Shown here piece by piece: positions 58,008 through 64,000 of a DNA stretch of 64,000 nt. The notes below the pieces were generated by a model. It made no database searches. It was not told where the DNA came from and worked only from the letters and a program-made list of their open reading frames with translations. Within the stretch, counting starts at the first letter, position 1; each line of letters begins with the position of its first letter. This DNA comes from Neophaeotheca triangularis (Eukaryota), in assembly GCA_054600435.1 (NCBI GenBank), contig BAAIJX010000001.1:62001-126000 (forward strand), read 5' to 3'. The position numbers and the translations under genes were made by a program.

Positions 58008-59913
58008 ATGGCGGGCGCAGCAGCAGCAAGGCCAATGGCCTCGCTCAGCGCAGCCATTGGCGCAAAGGCCGCCGTCAGACGTTGTTTCGCGACAGCAGCC
58101 CCGAAGAGGTCCGCCTTGCAACCGCAGGCTCCCAGGGCAAAGACCCAACTCCCTACCCAGAGCCTCCGACAGAGCTTCAGGAGGTCATACGCCGATCAGA
58201 AGGGCACCATCAGTCCGGAGACGCAGCAGAAGGTCAAGAGGAAGGGCGCTGGTTTCTTCCGCTGGACATGGAGGCTTACCCTGCTCGCTCTCATCGGAGG
58301 CACTATCAACACCGGATACACCATCTATGTCAACAGGAACCCGGCCGATCAGGCTGACCCCGACCCGTCGAAGAAGACGCTCGTCGTGCTCGGTATGCGC
58401 ATAGCTTTGGTTGCGTAAATTCGGTAGACAAGCACATGCTAATGCTGAACAAGGTACGGGATGGGGCTCGGTCTCCCTCCTGAAGAAACTGGACACCGAA
58501 AACTACAATGTCGTCGTCATCTCGCCCCGAAACTACTTCCTCTTCACGCCCCTTCTGCCATCCTGTACAACTGGTACCATCGAGCACCGATCCATCATGG
58601 AGCCCATTCGTAGCTTCTTGCGCCACAAGAAGGCTGCCGTCAAGTACTACGAGGCCGAGGCCACCAAGATTGACTACGAGAAGCGCGTCGTCTACATCAA
58701 CGATGAGTCGGAAATCAAGGGTCAAACATCTGCTACCGAGGTTCCATTCGACATGCTGGTTGTGGGAGTGGGCGCCGAGAACGCTACCTTTGGCATTCCA
58801 GGTGTCCGCGAGAACGGTTGCTTTTTGAAGGAAGTCACCGACGCCCAACAGATCCGCAAGCGTATCATGGACTGTGTCGAGACTGCTACATTCAAGGACC
58901 AGACACCCGATGAGATCAAGCGTCTGCTGCACATGGTTGTCGTCGGCGGTGGACCTACCGGTGTAGAGTTCGCTGGCGAACTGCAAGACTTTTTTGAGAA
59001 CGACCTGAGGAAATGGATTCCCGAGATTCAGAACAACTTCCATGTCACTCTCGTTGAGGCTCTGCCTTCGGTCCTTCCCATGTTCTCCAAGAACCTCATC
59101 GACTACACCGAGCAAACTTTCAAAGAGGAGACTATCGAGATCCGCACCAAGACTATGGTCAAGAACGTCACGCCCACATACATCGAAGCCGAATATACCG
59201 ACCAACAGGGACAAAAGCAACTCGAGAAGATCCCATACGGCCTCCTCGTCTGGGCAACGGGCAACTCCCTCCGACCCGTCGTCAAGGACCTGATGTCGCA
59301 AATCCCCGCTCAAGCGGAATACCGCCGAGGTCTCGGAGTGAACGAATACCTCGTCGTCAAAGGCACTGACGACGTCTGGGCCGTCGGCGACTGCGCCATC
59401 GCAAACTACGCTCCCACGGCCCAAGTAGCCTCGCAAGAAGGCTCCTTCCTCGCTCGCCTCTTCAACCAAATGGCCAAGACAGAGCAGATTGAGAAAGAGC
59501 TGGCACTTCTGTCAGAGGAGCAGGGCAAGGCCCCCAACAAGCAGAGCAGGGACGACGTCTTCGGCCAGATCAAGGACCTGCAGCGCCGGCTGAGGCGCGT
59601 CAAGCAAATGGGTCCCTTTGAGTACTCGCACCAGGGCTCGCTGGCGTACATTGGGAGTGAAAAGGCTGTCGCCGATATCAGCTGGTTGACCGGTAACTTG
59701 GCCACGGGTGGCCAATTGACGTACTTCTTCTGGCGCAGCGCGTACTTGAGCATGTGCTTTAGCAGTGAGTTTGACCCCTGGGCGTCGTTGCGGATGGTTT
59801 TGTTGGAAAGAAGGAAGCTAACTGGCTTGCGCGAAACAGCTCGTAACCGTATCCTCGTCATTGTCGACTGGACCAAGGCCAAGCTCTTCGGTCGTGACGT
59901 TTCCCGCGAGTAA
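58008..59913 (+). CDS. NDE1: Mitochondrial external alternative NADH dehydrogenase (NDH-2); introns 58393-58453 and 59765-59839
   Basis: Presequence plus TM segment, LVVLGTGWGS (across splice), SPRNYFLFTPLLPS, VVVGGGPTGVEFAGEL, GDCA, PTAQVASQEG, WRSAYL, FGRDVSRE. Confidence 0.93.
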
Positions 59914-60397
59914 GGATTGGGAAGGAAGAAAGGACGTTAGGGTAGTGGTATGGCACGTTGGAGTCTGAGGGAACAGTGTAGCACGCTGTCCCTTGTTGGC
60001 CGGGGCTGGGCGTTGGACGAGAGGCGCTCTGATACCAGGGCGAGTCACAGCCTGTGTGTTCTGGACTGTAGTTCTAGTTCTTTGGACATGCGACGATAGC
60101 GGAGTGAACTTGCCGCAAATGTCTTTACCAAGGGTTGTTTCCTCTTCCTGCCGATCGAGGTCTTGTGTGTGCGAGCTGGCTCCCGGCTACCTACGAACTT
60201 CTTTACGTTGTCAATACCCGCCCGACCTCTGCCTAACATCATGTTCCTTGAGTCCAGCAACGTGAGCGTGTGTCGGGGTCGGGAGAGCCTGAGCTTCGTC
60301 GAAGCCGAGAGATTGTATGATGCGTTTGCAGAAAGCTAAAGATGGTTCGTCGTAGCCGAAACCAAACATACTACAAAAAAGAGAGCCCGGTCTCTCA

Positions 60398-60601
60398 AAC
60401 TCTCGCCCTTCCAAGCCCGGCTTCGCGCAGTGTACGGGCTCTATCGAAAGAAGCACGCACGCCCCGTGAGCGAACAAAACAGATCGACTCAGCCTACCTT
60501 GGTCTCCTTGGTAAAAAGAGGTCTTGGAAACAGGTGGGATTCCCACGTGATCACCTACCGTAGTACTAATCATGCGCTTCAATGCTTGAAGATAGCAGAG
60601 G
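60398..60601 (-). mobile_element. 5S rRNA-derived repeat, copy B (5S 3' half 60601-60529 plus non-5S tail)
   Basis: Minus strand TTCAAGCATTGAAGCGCATGATTAGTACTACGGTAGGTGATCACGTGGGAATCCCACCTGTT; collinear identity blocks with copy A. Confidence 0.72.
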
Positions 60602-63600
60602 TAGAGTAGTAAGAAGGTAGGAAGGTAGGAAAGGAGTCCCAAAGCGAGACCGAACTTTACTTAGGTATGTACATGTCACACACGACAGCCGCCATACATA
60701 TCAAAGCAGTGCAATATTGCGGATGCCTTGGATTCATTGAGCCATGGTCGTATGCACTGGACCTGGCGCGCATGCGTATATGACCCTTTATTCTAGTCGT
60801 CGCTCGTGAGGATATGTCGCTCACAGATGATACTCTCCTCATGTGCCAGCGCTTAGTTCTCGATGCGAATCGTCGCATCTCGCAGCTAAGCAGAGAGCAG
60901 CAAAACCTGCAACCCTTTGCGTAGTCGTCGTGACTCTATGAAAAGCACTGCCCAGCGTCAGGGTATTCCTGAACTAGAAGTCGAAGCGCTCGCTCATCGT
61001 GCTTGTTTTTGATTAATTCCGTCTGCTGAGTCGAATCGATCCCTTCGCTAGCAAGAGCGGAATACCTAGCTTTGTAAAAGACTTCCACTTGAACGAGTAG
61101 ACGGTAGTATTGTTGCATGGTTCACCCGACATAAGTTAAAGCTGCAGTATCAGGCAACATTCTAGCGACGGTTGCAGCCGGTCAAGCAAAAATCAGACCG
61201 AGGGCTTCGTGATGAAGGTTGATGTTCGGAACTACTGCCTGGAATCTCTGGCACCACGGTGAAAAAAGCGTCGAGCCGAGCAAGTTGGATCGAAGACCAG
61301 ATTCGCGTCTCCAAAGCCTACTACTGTATCGGAGAGAATCATGCGTAGTAAAAGAGCTCTTTGGGATTCTCCCGCTTGTGAACAGCAGTGGCACTGTCAC
61401 AGTAGTAGTGCCATGTCGCTGCCAGCCGCGTTTCGCGAAGAGGGCTCGCTCACAGGGATCATTCCGTAAACGAGGAGCGGCCGGAGGGTTCGAATGTCAA
61501 GATACGATCATAAGACAAAGGCAAAGTGACACCGCGGCGAGGGACTTGATTCATTTAGCGAGCCGGACGGAGTCGAGTCGGATGGAGGCTGCCTCGAAAC
61601 TGCGGCCTGCAGCGGGAGTGGTAACTCATGCGAGACGACCAATTTGCCGAAGAATAGTGGACAGATAATCATACAGCAGCGCAGGGTCGGTCGGCTTGAC
61701 GGGCGAAAGATTGGCGTGCAGTTAAGAAGGAAGACTCGGATGGTAGAGGGTACATACGTGTGATACGTCTAACGCTGAGGTGGGGGCCTCGGTGATGGGA
61801 TGCCGTTGGTAGGGGACAAGCTCCGACGACGTTCCAGTTGTTATCAATAATGAATGAGTACTAGACTACGGACTAGTACACCGCCGGGGGTTGACCAAGG
61901 CGTGCCAGCCAAACTTGAAAGGGCACGCCGCACACCGGGTGGACAGGTGATGGTCTGATCTGATGAACGAAGGAAGTTTTGAGGTCAAAACACTGAAAGC
62001 AGCGCCGGTGTTGCCGGCACCCCGGCGTGAAATGGAGGACTGCGGGCTCCGCTGTTCAGACCATAGAGGTGCTTTACCTTGTCTATCGTGTATCGTTGAT
62101 ATTAAATGTCCAAGTTCTAGACGCCGTGGCATTGCCGCATGTCGACTTCGCTACAAAGAGACTCTTGGCTGGCTCACTCAGGCCCTCACCTCGGGAAGGC
62201 ATAGCGCAGCAATGACAATAATCACCGACTTTCATGCAGCCTTTAACTACCTTAGGCGGGGAGTGGCGGGGCTAGGAGTAGGAGTGTTTGGCAGACTCCA
62301 TTATTATTACTACTGATATCCTGGCAAAGTCTGTCACGAGCGATGATGTTGCTTCTTCCGCACTACCTTACCTAGGTGCTGCTACTTTTTCCTGACCCTA
62401 CTACTCACTAATCATTTAAGTTACTACTGTGACATGTCGGAAGATCAGGATTCAGGAGAGGGACGGGCATGGGGAATTCCTCGGATTGCGAGGCACAAAA
62501 GGATCGCCGTGCTCGCGTTCCGACGCCAGGTGACGAGACTATCGTCCCTCGCGCATATTGGCTCTGATATTACCCGCTGTTATGCCCGCTACCTATACTA
62601 CTCCCCTCTGTAGCAGTCATGCATGACGCTTCCTTTAGAAACGCGGTGTGTGTGTGAATGTGATGCTGTGGATGCCTTGCCTGGAATCCTCGGTTTGGAA
62701 GTCATCTACCACGCAAGGCGAGCCGTTACAGTGTGACGCCGAGCCACCGGCTGCTCTACCATCAATCACAGCGAGGCTGGCTGGGTACTAGGTACACCAC
62801 ACCGTACGACTGCCTTCAGCGTCTAGGAGCAGCACACGCATCCACCTCGTTTGTTGTTGATCATCAATCAGCAGGATGCATCACGGATCACCACTTCAAA
62901 GCGTACTGGAGTCACTGGACACAACTCGCATCGCATCGCATCGCATCGCGTCTGAAGACTTGCGGATGCCTACATACAGGTCACAGCCTTGCGTTGCTCA
63001 GCCAGCCGCTACGCTCCTTCGCATTTTGCCCTTTTACGGCGACCCGTCGGCGAAGGTGTCTTGGGTGTATCTTCACGCCTTACGGATTCGGCTTCTTGTG
63101 GATGATGATTTCTGAGACAAGCCGCTAGTTGCACGCGTGTCTTAAGCTAGGTAGGTAGCATGCTGGACCGATGAAGCAATTCAGGTCACGCAGAATCGGG
63201 AAAGGACGCCGCCCGCACAAGAATCCCACATACGATCCCGGGAGACGGCGTTAGTAGGCAGTAGGTTGTGGGAAGCTAACCTCCGTATTCCACTCGCTCA
63301 AAGTGACAGCATGTACCGATAGGAGGTAGTTATGACTTTTATTGCCAGTAGTGGATCGTGAACTGTGCCGTAACTTGCCTCTGGCCTCGCGGAGGTAGAC
63401 TTTTTGCACATTGACTCGTGAAGTTTTTCTTAAATGGCCTTGGCCGCCTTGTCGTGGGCTCGCAGCCGCCCAGATCCGGCATGCGACGTTTGATCCTGTG
63501 GCGTTTTGTCCCATGGCGCGTGCATGTACGCCAGAGGCCAACGGACGCTCGATACACTGAACACTACACACACTACTTTCATGAGCCACCCTAGCTACCG

Positions 63601-64000
63601 TACCTTAGGTGGTGTGTGAGAGAGGGGGGGCAGGCAGAAAGCCGGCCCAATAATGGCATCCACAGGCGCAGACGAGTCATCAACGACATGCGTTACACAG
63701 TTTGACGATAGGGCTCCATCGAGCCCATGTGGCTCGGCTGAAGCGGGACACGACTTTTTTTGCATTCCAGTCGTCTCCGAGACCAAACAGCAAAACATGC
63801 GCATGCGCCGCAGGAGTCGTGCCATTAGTCTTGGTGGCTTCGCAAAGAGTAGTTGCAGCCCGGCCACGGTCGAAGTTAGGCTCGTCCCCGAAAAGAGGAG
63901 TGATGAAGTTTTTTCTTTCATCATGGGCATGGCGTGCGGCCTCGCAATCCATCATTTCTCCACCTCGACGGGGAGTAACATACCTAGTCAAAGTGCCAGG

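Noticed and set aside
58330..59469. 379-aa antisense ORF over NDE1 (and similar ones over importin-alpha, PUB1, RIA1, thioesterase)
   Set aside because: Shadow ORFs expected from C-ending codon bias of the real genes; no family motifs
60670..61400. Protein-like short ORFs on both strands suggesting a pseudogene
   Set aside because: No recognisable family and no consistent frame or strand; needs tBLASTx
61700..64000. Possible gene or tRNA in the terminal 2.3 kb
   Set aside because: No cloverleaf or box A/B pair found and ORFs are short and unbiased; likely a long promoter of a gene outside the window

Overview
Gene-dense eukaryotic (filamentous ascomycete, Pezizomycotina, plausibly Dothideomycete) chromosomal DNA with short GT-AG introns carrying CTRAC-type branch points. 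About 21 protein genes were reconstructed by hand: EDC3, importin-alpha, POT1, a tandem F-box-like-motif protein, PUB1, a Med2/Med29-like protein, UTP8-like, ELG1, a degenerate DAGK/sphingosine-kinase-like protein, acyl-CoA thioesterase II, the SH3 polarity factor Tea4/TeaC, an RTA1-family protein, TOM22, a Zn2Cys6 transcription factor, an NCS1 permease, DMA1, MAS2, RIA1/EFL1, a putative GPI-anchored Cys-rich protein and external NADH dehydrogenase, plus a candidate 79-aa microprotein. Identifications are from remembered family motifs, not database searches. Most notable observations: (1) an 870-nt, frame-preserving intron in tea4 that is itself coding-like (290 codons) and contains exactly one in-frame UAG at a Trp-like position, a candidate exitron coupled to stop recoding or A-to-I editing; (2) two diverged copies of an element made of a 5S rRNA-derived head plus a shared non-5S tail (SINE3-like or duplicated 5S pseudogene); (3) a lipid-kinase homologue whose glycine-rich catalytic motifs are all substituted; (4) structured long introns in PUB1 (two arms competing for one partner strand) and TOM22. 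No tRNA, intact rRNA, CRISPR or autonomous transposon was recognised.
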